A DNA stretch of 64,000 nt from assembly GCF_964213995.1 (NCBI RefSeq), contig NW_027590144.1, positions 930,001 to 994,000 on the forward strand, written 5' to 3'. Below are positions 24,197 through 34,626 of the stretch, in pieces. The notes under the pieces are model-generated. The model was not told where the DNA came from. It worked only from the letters and a program-made list of their open reading frames with translations, and did no database searches. Made by a program: the position numbers and the translations under genes. This DNA comes from Mustelus asterias. Taxonomy: Eukaryota. The stretch's first letter is position 1. Each line of letters opens with the position of its first letter.

Positions 24197-24529
24197 ATGT
24201 TGACGATTCACATCGGCTTTCTGCTGTTTTTCACTCTGATCTGCGCGAAGGTAACTGAGGAAGATGAGTTGCTGCAGATCCCTCCGCGGATGGTTTTCAG
24301 TGAAGCGGGAAACATATCCATGAACTGCACTATCTTCATTGCTTTTAGCGTCCTGCATTGGTACGAACAGCTCCCGAACCAGTCACTGCAGCATCTGATG
24401 ATGGCCACCAGAGGAACCGGTCAACGCGTGAGGATCACTGCTTCAATCGAGGGAGGCAGCAAATTCAGCATCCTGACTGTGGGAACCGCGCGAGTTACAG
24501 ACTCTGCCACATATCTCTGCGCCGTAAGG
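24197..24529 (+). CDS. TCR alpha-type V segment with leader fused in one exon (V2)
   Basis: MLTIHIGFLLFFTLICAKVTEE-DELLQIPP...ISMNC...LHWYEQ...DSATYLCAVR; open frame with Cys23, Trp41 and Cys104. Confidence 0.85.
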
Positions 24530-24570
24530 CACAGTGTGACAAACGCAGGGAGTTCCCGTGCACAAAATCC
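24530..24570 (+). other. RSS of V2 with 25-bp spacer
   Basis: CACAGTG (24530-24536) + 25 bp + ACAAAATCC (24562-24570). Confidence 0.8.
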
Positions 24571-25254
24571 ACTCCACCGTGTCTGGAATATTGACGTTTC
24601 AATATGCGTGGTCGTAAATTCCATGGGTCGGGAGAAAGAGATGAAAACACATCCAGAAACCGAAAATTTAAACAGGTTTAAATGAAGAGAATTGAAAATA
24701 TAGTCGTAAAATGAAGTTAACATGCAAAATCGGAATGAGTGAAAGATCCAGAATAGAGGTACAATAAGAATGCGTAAAGAGCACAGAAGATTTTGAATCA
24801 ATGGAAAGAGAAGAGGAGGAAAATAAAAAATAATGAGTGTGATGCATAGAGTTAAAAATCTGGTGAAATCATAACTGAAATGACTCAGAAATGATGTAAA
24901 ACGGCGTTTGTTTTAACTTCAGTCAAACTTCCTTGATAGTTCGACAGTTTATGGTTTGATAACCAGCTCGTGAAGATCTGTTATTGGATCTTGCCTCATA
25001 AATAAATTTACACCCTGCTCACTGTTCTGACAGTGTCAATTCTTCCGGCTGGAGATGCCCTGAGAGGGCACTGTGGTCCCACGTTCTTCCCTGTTATCAA
25101 CTGAAAATTATCGCTAAACAACTGGCGGTAACGCAGCCAGATGCAATCCCGAAAACATTATGTTCTCTCTGACCCACGATGTCTGCCCTGAGATATTTGA
25201 AATATTTTCCTGTTTCACCGCTTGAATCGGCAGTGGCCCGGGGTTCTTTTTTTA

Positions 25255-25630
25255 AGTCATTTGTGGGATATGGACGTCGCTGGCCGGCCAGCATTTATTG
25301 CCCATCCCTCGTTGCCCTTGAACTGTGTGGCTTGCTAGTCCATTACAGCGGGCAGCTGAGAGTCAACCACATTGCTTTCGCTCTGGAATCCCATGTAGAC
25401 CAGACCAGGTAAGGACGGTAGATTTCTTTCCCTCAAGGCCATTTGTGAACCAAATGGGGTTTTTCATCAATCGAAGATGGTTTCATGGTCATCAGTAGAT
25501 TCTAAATTGCAGATCTGTTTATTGAATTTAGATTACACCATCTACCGTGACGGGATTCGAATCCGCGTCCCCAGACATTAGCTGGTTTTCTGGATTAGTT
25601 TTCTGGTGATAATGTCACCAGGCCTCCCAT
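25255..25630 (-). mobile_element. tRNA-headed SINE, internal-deletion relative of the 8916-12177 LINE
   Basis: About 65 bp match the LINE 3' end, joined at ttgcccttg|aactg.gtggcttg to the LINE 5' head and core. Confidence 0.85.
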
Positions 25631-25689
25631 CATGCGATTTCTATAACGATTTGCTGGAATTCAGATGCACACAAACAACGAACATTAAA

Positions 25690-26110
25690 TTGTTTTTTCC
25701 GGTTTTCAGGATGTGTTGAGTGGTGTACAAATGATTTGATGGCACACCGAAGGTCTGGTGCTAAATCTACTGACCACCAATATATCTAGGAAAATAAATG
25801 CTGAAGAGAACGTTAGGCGTTTACAAAGAGAGATAGATACGTTAAATGAGTGGACACAGACCTGTAGAATGAAGTTTAATGTGAGCAAATGTGACATAAT
25901 TAATGTTGGCAGTAAGAAGTTGAAATAATATAAATACCCAAATAGTGAGAGATTGCAGAAGTCTGAGACTCAGGGGATCTGCGTGTCCTAGTGTGTGAAT
26001 CATAAACGCTAGTAAACAGACACAGCAAGTAATGAGAACATTGTCGTTTTATGCGAGGTGATTTCAATCTAAAAAATGGAGTTAATGCGTTAGTTGGCGA
26101 GGACATGAGT
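25690..26110 (+). mobile_element. Highly degenerate CR1 RT fragment
   Basis: LQREIDTLNEW...MKFNVSKC and RDL..LV-like remnants. Confidence 0.6.
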
Positions 26111-26483
26111 GGGATCATATCCGGCGTACTGTGGAGGAGGTTGTTTTTGTTACAATTTCACAACGGTTCCTTACTGTGTCTATCACTGTGGGGATTGGAT
26201 TCGTTTTTCCTTCGGGGGTCCTTTCAGCTCAGTTGGCTGCACTGTTGAATTATGACGGAAAGCAGCCACTTACAGTGCAGATTCAATTCCCATACCAGCT
26301 GAGGTTATTCATGAAGGTGCCGCCTTCTCAAGCTTACCCCTCGTTTTAGGTGTCATCTGAACCTCAGTTTAAATCACCACCAGCCTGTGGTCATCTGGGA
26401 CGATATCGACTTTACCTTTGTTGTTTCTGTCTATCGGTGTGACAGCGCCCTCTCCGGAGCACTAACTGGAACTCTTACTGTGG

Positions 26484-26521
26484 AGTTTTGGTATGGGACT
26501 TGCTATATCTGTAGCAGTGTG
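26484..26521 (-). other. RSS of V3 (22-bp spacer)
   Basis: CACACTG + 22 bp + ACCAAAACT. Confidence 0.75.
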
Positions 26522-27150
26522 GACTCCAAGGAACAGAAATATACCGCACTTTCAGTCATGAGTGTGTTGCCGATCGTCAGCTCGGTGATCTTGGCAGTTT
26601 TATTTAATGTAGCTGAAAAGCGGTCGCTAATGTCGGCGTGTCTGTACATTTTCACACCCAGAATGTGAAGCATGTACTGTGGAGACTGCCCGGGACTCTG
26701 ACTGTACCAGTACACATAAGGGTTGGAATCACTTGTCTTAAATTTGCAGGTTATTGTGACATTACGATCCTCTTCAACTGTTTATTCGGCAACCGGGTGC
26801 TCCACTGTGTCTTGGTGACTCCAGTCTAATGTAAAATTATAGTAAAGGTAAAAACAATTAGCAGCAGCCTAATATTTACAAACCAAATTGTCATTAAACC
26901 ATCCCTCATATTTTACCAGCAATGATATCCGGCTTAAAGGGAAGGAAATATTTCGAACTTGGAGAATAGGAGCAGGAGTATGCAATTCGGCACTTAGAGC
27001 CTGTTCGGCCAATCATTATGATTACGGCTGATTATCCAATTCCATAACCTGTTCTCACCTTCCCCCCATATCCTTTGACACCCTTTGCCCCAGGAGTTAC
27101 TTACTGAGAACTGAGATAATGACGAGAATCGAAGCGGGACGGTTCCCCAT
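26522..27150 (-). pseudogene. TCR alpha/delta-type V pseudogene (V3) with leader exon
   Basis: Leader 27150-27105 MGNRPASILVIISVL|GTAAGT; V exon from 26825 with in-frame TAA at 26782-26784; VTITCKF...YVYWYSQSPG...ESAVYFCSLES; a CR1 tail fragment lies in the intron. Confidence 0.88.
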
Positions 27151-27174
27151 GACCCTTCCTGAGTCTGTAACTCT

Positions 27175-27990
27175 GCAGTGATGGAAATCCTCTGTGAGAG
27201 GCAAAAATACAGGGGTTTTCAGTTCGGGACGTGTACCGGTGGGGTTCCAGAGGAATTAGTGCTGGGACGACAACTCTATACAATAAATGTTCATGACTTG
27301 GAGGGAGGAAGCATATATACTGTAGCAAAAGTTGCAGACACAAAAATAGGTGGAAAAAGCAAGTTACGACAGGGATATAAATAGTTGAGAGAGATATTGA
27401 TAGGTTTTTTAATTCAGCGGTAAGTTCGAAAAAGGAGTTTAATGTGGGGAAAAATGTTCATTTTGGAAGGGAGAACAAAAGAACAGAGTATTATGCAAAT
27501 AGGGAAACTGTGTAAAGCTGCCACACAAAGGGACTTAGGGGTACTTGTACATGAAATACAGAAAATGAGCAGACATATGCAGCAGGTAATCAGGAATGCT
27601 CATGGGATGTTGGTCTTTATATCAAGGGGGTTGGATTGTAAGAATAGGGAAGTCTTGCTGCAACTGTACAAGGTACTGGTGAGACCGCATCTGGCGTTCC
27701 GTAAGCAGCTTTTGTCTCTTTATTTGAGGACATATATTATTTCATTGGAGGTAGTTCAGAGAACGTTCACAAGGCTGATCCCCGGTATGGATGGATTGTC
27801 TTATGAGCAAAGATTAAACACGTTGGGACTCTACTCACTGGAATTTAGAAAAATGGGATGTGATGTCATTGAAACATATGGGATTATTGAGGGGCTTGAG
27901 AGTGTAAATGCTGAGAGGATGTTTCCCCTCGTGGGAGAGTGTAGGGACAGAAGGGATACACTCAGAATAAACGAGCGCTAATTTAAGACT
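27175..27990 (+). mobile_element. Degenerate CR1 RT/C-terminal fragment
   Basis: GVPEELVLG, QRDLGVLV, LYKVLVRPHL. Confidence 0.85.
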
Positions 27991-28034
27991 GAGATTATGT
28001 GTTCTGTTAGGGTCAACACCACTGGCATCTTCCA

Positions 28035-28205
28035 AAGTAAGAAGTGTCACAACACCGGGTTAAAGGCCAGCAGATATATTTGGAATCACGAGCTTTCGGA
28101 ACCCTGTTCCTTCATCAGATAAGTCACCCGGTTAACTTTGACCTGGTGCTGTGAGACTTCTAACTTTGCCTATTCCTGTACAACGCCGGCATCTCCACAT
28201 CATGG
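28035..28205. mobile_element. Short Penelope-derived inverted-repeat element
   Basis: Ends match the 20862-23059 element; inverted arms; probable TSD atcttcca (28027-28034 and 28206-28213). Confidence 0.75.
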
Positions 28206-28219
28206 ATCTTCCATAGTGC

Positions 28220-28795
28220 ATAGAAACATCGATATAGAAACATAGTAACTAGACTCAGGAGCAGGCCAGTCGGCCCTTTGAAACTGCCCCACCATTCATT
28301 TTGATCATGGCTCATCAAAGTCAATCTCCTGATCCTGCCCTCCCCAATATCCCTTTATCCATTTGGCCCCAAGAGCTATATCTACTTTCTTCTAGAAATC
28401 ACACAAACGTTTGGCCTCAAATTCTTTGAGTGGCAGTGAATTCCACACGTTCACCACTCTCCGGGTGAAGAAACTTCTCCTCACCTGAGTCTCAAAAGGT
28501 TTAAACCTTACCTCAGTCTGTGACCCCTAGATCTGGACTTCCCCACTATCGAGAACATTCTTTCTGAATCTACTCCGTCTAATCCTCTTTGCATTTTATT
28601 AGTTTCTATGAGGTCCCCTCTCACTCTTCTGAACTCCCGATACAATTACAGCAAAACATCCCTTTTCCTATACTCAAATACCCTTGCTATGACGGGTAAC
28701 ATACCATTTGCCTTCTTTACTGCCTGCTGTACCTGCACGTTTACTTTCAGCGACTGACGCACGAGGATACCCAACTGTTGCTGAGTACCCATCTC
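28220..28795 (-). mobile_element. CR1 3' fragment
   Basis: tagaaacat tail repeats, CR1 3'UTR and C-terminal ORF2 remnants. Confidence 0.8.
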
Positions 28796-28814
28796 CGTCA
28801 TGCTTTATCCCTTC

Positions 28815-28980
28815 AGAGGGATAACAAACTGCAAGCTCAAATGTGCAGATCAAAGTTTCGTAAAATTACAAAGATCACAGAGATACCGATTAGCAAAGTC
28901 CTGATTTCCGACATCGCTGTGTATTTCAGTGCCATGAGTCCCATTTTGCTGCAGAGACGTAGTGGGTCCCGGTCAAAATG
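28815..28980 (+). pseudogene. 3' relic of a V segment (V4), paralog of V3 in opposite orientation
   Basis: KITKITEIPISKVLISDIAVYFSAMS (Cys104>Ser) vs V3 KTAKITELTIGNTLMTESAVYFCSLES; CATTTTG-23-GTCAAAATG; downstream flank homologous to V3. Confidence 0.75.
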
Positions 28981-29481
28981 CCACAGCGACAAATCCAGTG
29001 ATTGCTCAGCAGAGGGCGCTCTCACACTGGTGAACAACAGCAATAGTTCACACTGCGGTGCGATAGCCAAAGGGATCGTTCATAACCTGCAATAAATACA
29101 AAGTACAACAAAAGCTAGTGAGGTCCACTCGTAGAACTACATTACTTTATGATCTCAATAGTCAACATATTAAGAATAGACTCCACAATTACAGCTGCGG
29201 AACCTTATTTGTTTTATATTAAATGTCCTTGTTGCTTTCAATTTAATTTCCTACTCCGTCCCTCCCATCTCCAGTTTCCACTTTTCACCGGTAATTTTAC
29301 GTTTTTCCAATATTTAGTTTAACGATTCAAAACCTAATTTTCTGCTCAGCATCTTAATTCAGTCTGGAAAAACTTCAGTGAGTCACAAAAGGAAACTGTC
29401 AGGACAAGCCATTGAATAACCAAATATACTATCCTCTTTTCTTCCTCCTCTTCTATTCTTCTCTTCCCCTCCGTGGGATTG

Positions 29482-29810
29482 TACGGTGGCACAGCGGCTA
29501 GCACTGCTGCCTCACAGCGCCAGGGACCCGTGTTCAATTCTGGCCATGGGTCACTGTCTGTGTGGAATCTGCACATTCTCCCTGTGTCTGCATGGGTTTC
29601 CTCCGGGTGCTCCGGTTCCCTCCACAGTCCAAAGATGTGCGGGTTAGGTTGATTCGCCATGTTAAATTGCGTCTTAGTGTTAGGGGGGGGGGGGGGGGGG
29701 GGTTAGCGGGATAAAAAGTTGGGTTACGGGAATAGGGCCTGGGTGGGATTGTGATCGGTGCAGACTCGATGGGACGAATGGCCTCCTTCTGCACTGTAGA
29801 GAGTCTATGC
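29482..29810 (+). mobile_element. HE1/V-SINE-like SINE
   Basis: cggtggcacagcggctagcactgctgcctcacagcgccagggacc head, core and tail. Confidence 0.9.
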
Positions 29811-30113
29811 TAAGTTAAATGCTTGAACCCAATTTGCCTCAATATTTTGGAGAAGGTAAAGAGGTCAATAATCATCACAAAATCATCGGCATGTGGAAGG
29901 ATTGGAGCTTGATATTAGTCAGAGGGCAGAGCGAGTGAGAGAAGGCGTGTTTCTGATGTGGGAAAGGATGTGAAAATGTGAACGAAAAACCCACTTTGAG
30001 AGCAGCTTTCTGAATTATTGCACTGTAACCATCTCAGCACTATGTTCATTTCATTTATGAGTGGAAGTGACACAGAATGGGTTTCCTAGCCGGCTGGTAT
30101 TTAATTGTAGTTA

Positions 30114-30535
30114 ATGAGAACTAGCTTTGCATATCTCCTGGGGACTGTTAACCTGCTGTCTGAACTTTGCTCCCGTGCTTTGAACACCTGAGTGTCGAGT
30201 TATTGGAAGCGCTGACATTATTCCCTCTTTGGAAAAATTCCAATCTCCGAAGATCATGGCTCATTGTAAAAACGATAACTAACCCCATTGTAGATGCTAA
30301 TTGTAAACAGAGGTGTCATTGAGATGAATCCTCCATACATTAGTAAAAGTGTTTATACTTCAAGATTGTTCCACTGAATGTACAGTGACAGCTGGTATCG
30401 TTGCTCTAATGCGACAGGAATACCTTTGAAGTATCTCGCCACAAACACACGTTCTTTCCTTTGAACTATGGTGGGAAGGATTCCATAACTGATGTTCAGA
30501 CGGTGGAAGGGCTGTATAACCGCTCATTCCTTCAC
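30114..30535 (+). pseudogene. Possible heavily decayed V segment relic
   Basis: Leader-like MRTSFAYLLGTVNLLS; VIEMNPPYISKSV..RLFH*MY..SWYR...PLKYL; ITDVQTVEGLYNR; no RSS. Confidence 0.4.
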
Positions 30536-30609
30536 CAACGGGTCCTCACTTTGCTCTTGAATTGGGAGTTTCTCTTCGAAAGACAGGGACGTTGCCAATG
30601 TGCCACAAA

Positions 30610-30940
30610 GCGGCACGGTAGCACAGTGGTTAGTACTGCTGCTTCACAGCTCCAGGGACCTAGGTTCGATTCCCGGCTTGGGTCACTGTCTGTGTGGAGT
30701 TTCCACATTCTCCTCGTGTCTGCGTGGATTTCCTCCGGGTGCTCCGGTTTCCTCCCACAGTCCAAAGATGTGCTGGTTAGGTTGATTGGCCATGCTGAAA
30801 TTGCCCCTTAGTGTCCTGAGATGTGTAGGTTAGCGGGATTCGTGGGTAAATATATAGGGATATGGGGGTAGGGCCTGGGTGGGATTGTGGTCGGTGCAGA
30901 CTCGATGGGCCGAATGGCCTCCTTCTGCACTGTAGGGTTT
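30610..30940 (+). mobile_element. HE1/V-SINE-like SINE
   Basis: Head with B box ggttcgattccc, core and tail gggccgaatggcctccttctgcactgtagg. Confidence 0.9.
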
Positions 30941-31257
30941 AAAAAAAAACAGCCTGGCGAGTCAATCAGCCACTCCGACATACAATACAGTAATTGTTCA
31001 ATAATTGCCACAGTGTTTCATGAGATAAATCTCGCAGTCACGGCTGAGCCACTCCCCTGATGGTAAGATTTAAATAAACGGATTGATCCTGAATGATCCA
31101 AATTCTGGAGCAAGCCTGAGTCACAATAATCAGAATCGGGTTTAACTGTCATCATCTGCTGTGTAAATGGAAATATTCCCCCCATAAAGCACTGACTGTT
31201 ACCCAGCTCTGACAGCCAGCTCACCGGCCTGCCGATTCAAACTGTCACTGGGAACAC

Positions 31258-31320
31258 CAGGAAGTGAAGTCAGAACATCCTGAGGCATCAGCAGATTATT
31301 GAGGGCGGGGTTTAGAACGG
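31258..31320 (+). promoter_or_regulatory. Putative V5 promoter (ETS motif and GC box)
   Basis: CAGGAAGTGAAG about 100 bp upstream of the ATG and gagggcggggtttagaac; both conserved in the V6 promoter. Confidence 0.55.
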
Positions 31321-31367
31321 GTGTCTTCAAAATCCCCAACTCCCTTTTTACAGAGTGGACAGAGACA

Positions 31368-31832
31368 ATGCGGCTGCTCAGCATCTGGGTTGTGTGGGCA
31401 ATATGTCTGACAGGTAAATGTGGACCAAACACATTTCAACTTTTTAAAAAATATTTTTGAAACATGATCTGAAACAAAATTTTCAACAGTGGTCGGTCAG
31501 ATATTCTTATATTTGTTTTTCAGATCTGATTCATGGAGATTCTGTCACTCAGTCGCCGTCCTCAGAAGTTAGGGCAGAAGGAGAAACGTTAACTTTACAT
31601 TGTAAATATGATACTGAAATGAGCTACTACTATCTATACTGGTACCGGCAGTACCCAGACTCACAGCCTGAGTTCATATTGTGGAAAGGCTCGGGCAGCG
31701 GTGAAGATAAAGCCTATTTTGCCAAAAACCGTTTCTTTGCTGAACTTCAGACCGAGAATAAATTTACCAGTTTATCCATCTCGGGTCTGAAGCTGACTGA
31801 CGCCGCCGCGTATTACTGCGCGCTTTCAGACG
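31368..31832 (+). CDS. Intact TCR alpha/delta V gene segment (V5): leader 31368-31413, V exon 31524-31832
   Basis: MRLLSIWVVWAICLT-G|GTAAAT...ttttcag|DLIHGDSVTQSP...LTLHCKY...YLYWYRQYP...DAAAYYCALSD; no stops or frameshifts. Confidence 0.95.
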
Positions 31833-31871
31833 CACAGTGATATAAAGCAAGCTCAGCCCTGTACAAAAACT
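31833..31871 (+). other. Canonical 23-RSS of V5
   Basis: CACAGTG + 23 bp + ACAAAAACT. Confidence 0.95.
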
Positions 31872-33691
31872 GCCTTTCACTGCAGAGTGCAGCTGCTGTC
31901 TGTTGGGGTCTGTGGAGGATTGTAGTAGATGCAGCCGCAATGTGCAGCGAAAGGAAACCAAACTCACCTCGAATGAAACTGTTCCCAGGAGAGACTGAGA
32001 AAACAAACTTCAGAATTCAATCAGACAAACAGATCATCGCAGAATCACATTAGAAGACACCCGTTCGAAATCCCGCCCTTAATAACTTGTTCTCTTCCCC
32101 CGGGATGCTCTTGCCTCACCTCCGTGTCTGTCTCTGGTTCTCTGAGGCCAGTTGGTGGTGATCTGGGGTTGATATTGAAAGAGAAGTGTCCGAGCCTGGC
32201 TACAGGCAGTGCCCTGACAGGGGAATCGCCGGACTTTCAGAGACTGGGGAGGAGGAAGTGGTGGCCGGGGAAGGTAAGTCTGGTCTGTAAATTATCATCA
32301 GAAAATTCCGGATTGTTCGTGTTGACAAGAACCACACCAGCTTCCAGGAAACATTCTGAAGCTCAGTGCTCACTGAGGAAAATCTCCTTGGGGTTGTTTT
32401 AAAGATGATAGTCACCCCTTTGCGAAATCTATTCAGTGTTTATAAGTTTTCTTTGATCCAGCAACGCACTCTGATTAAATAAATCGTGTTAACAGGCCGT
32501 GGTCTAAGGCTCCACGAAACTGCGAGAGAGATGGAGAGGGTTGTTCAATGTCACAGACAGTCCCGGAAAACACATCGAAGGAAAAAGAAGTAAATTCAAG
32601 TAAGGAAGTAAATTTCTGAATGCTGATTTCAGCATAACTGCACTGGATTTAACCAGTACAATTCCGTACGTTTTCCTGAATTTTGTTGTTATTGTAAAGT
32701 TCCAGGTGACTCTGCATTTGGAAGCGGAATTTTTACTTCTGTTTAGCAGTGAGAGCGCTGTCTGGATACTGGGAGTATGTTTTTTTTTGTGTTCTGGATC
32801 TGTTACTTCTCTGTAGCAGTGTTGGCTCCATAGCACAACAATGCACGGCGATGTCAGAGAGAACTTCTCCTGTGATATTTCAAGGGACAACTTTGTTTCC
32901 TTGTGAAAATCAGCAGCGAGTGTAACTCCGAGAGCTGTTTGCCTTCAGTAAATGTGTCAGAGCTCCCGCAGATACTGGAGGAACAGGTCAAAGTTGGGAC
33001 ACTGTGGTTGTCGTATGTCGGCAGTCCAGTGTTAATGAGGCGCTGTTCTTCTAGAACTTTGCGCTAACAATTCAGAATTTCCTGACGATAAACTACAGAC
33101 CAGGGTTACATCCACCCCGGACCTCCCAGTCCGACCAAAAGGACTTAGAAGCTTTGGAGAGAGTTCAAAGAATGTTCCCCAGGATGCTGCACGATCCCGA
33201 GGGCGTTGGCTATGAGGAGTATGAATAGCCTAGGACTGTTTTTACTGAAATACAGAGGCTGAGGGAAGACCTGGATTGGATCTACAACATTATTGGAGGC
33301 ACAGACAGGGTGGACGTGTCAATTACAAGGGGAGCACTGGTTCAAGGGGAAGTTTGAGGGAGATTTGTTCCCAGGAGCAGGCTGAGGGTAAGAGAGTGGG
33401 TTTTCTGACTGTAATTAATTATTTATTTTTTCAGTTAATTTTGGGTTTAAAATCGGAGGTTTTTTTCAAAACCGGAAGTCGGGCCAGGAGTGGCCTGGGG
33501 AAGTTTTTGGAGGGTTTAAAAGCGCACCAAGGTATACAGCGGGCAGCATCGTAGCGGGCAGCAGAGTGAGTGGGAAGTTCAGTGAGCTGTCAGGGCTTTG
33601 GCTCACAGGGCTTGGACGAGCAGGGGTGAGTTTTTGTTTCCTTACACTCTTATTAACTTTTCACTGTCTTACTTGACATAAAGTGTCCAGT

Positions 33692-34621
33692 ATGAGTGTG
33701 AAACCAGTGTGTTGTTCCCAGTGTAGGATGTGGGAGGTCCTGGAGGCATCTGGCCTCCCGGACATCCACATCTGTGAGGGGTGTGTCGAGCTGCGGTTCC
33801 TGAGGGACCGTGTTAGGGAGCTGGAACTGCAGCTCGAGGATCTTAGGCTGATGAGGGAGAATGAGGAGGTGATAGACAAGAGCTATCATCAGGTGGTCAC
33901 ACCAGGGCCACGGGAGGAGGCCAAGTGGGTGACGGCCAGGAAGGGTAAGGCTAGGGTGGTTGAGAGCACCCCGGTGGATTTGCCCCTGCACAACAAGTAC
34001 TCCTGCTTGAGTACTGCTGGGGGGGACAGCCCGCCTGGGGGAAGCAGCAGTGGCCGTGTCTCCGCAGTGGAGTCCAGCCCTGTAACTCAGAGGGCTAAGG
34101 AAAAGAGGAGGAAGGCGGTATTAATCGTGGACTCGATGGTGAAGGGAACAGACAGGCGTTTCTGCGGAGGTAGGCGAGATTCTCGCATGGTGGTCTGCCT
34201 CCCTGGGGCCGGGATCCAGGATGTCGCTAGTCGCGTCCCGGAAATCCTGAGGTGGGAGAGAGAGAAGCCTGAGGTAGCGGTACATATTGGTACCGCTGAT
34301 GTGGGTAGGAAGGGAGAAGGGGTCATGAAAAGGGAGTACAGGGAATTAGGGAGACAGCTGAGAAAGAGGAAAGCAAAGGTAGTAATCTCAGGATTACTGC
34401 CTGTGCCACGGGAAGGTGAGGGCAGGAATGGAGTGAGGTGGAGGATGCATGTGTGGCTGAGGGACTGGTGCAGGGGGCAGGGATTCAGGTTCCTGGATCA
34501 TTGGGACCTCTTTAGGGGCAGGGGTGATCTGTATACAAAAAACGGGTGGAACTTGAATCACACGGGGACCAATATCCTGGCCAGTAGGATGGCAAAGGCT
34601 ACTGGGGAGAATTTAAACTAG
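33692..34621 (+). CDS. CR1 ORF1 (Cys knuckle, coiled coil, esterase-like fold)
   Basis: MSVKPVCCSQC...CEGC; VCLPGA; VISGLLP; homologous to copy 1 ORF1. Confidence 0.9.
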   Translation: MSVKPVCCSQCRMWEVLEASGLPDIHICEGCVELRFLRDRVRELELQLEDLRLMRENEEVIDKSYHQVVTPGPREEAKWVTARKGKARVVESTPVDLPLHNKYSCLSTAGGDSPPGGSSSGRVSAVESSPVTQRAKEKRRKAVLIVDSMVKGTDRRFCGGRRDSRMVVCLPGAGIQDVASRVPEILRWEREKPEVAVHIGTADVGRKGEGVMKREYRELGRQLRKRKAKVVISGLLPVPREGEGRNGVRWRMHVWLRDWCRGQGFRFLDHWDLFRGRGDLYTKNGWNLNHTGTNILASRMAKATGENLN

Positions 34622-34626
34622 ATAGG

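Noticed and set aside
24480-24529. V2 as a MAIT-type TRAV1 ortholog because of DSATYLCAVR
   Set aside because: A short motif shared by many TRAV families; orthology needs a phylogeny.
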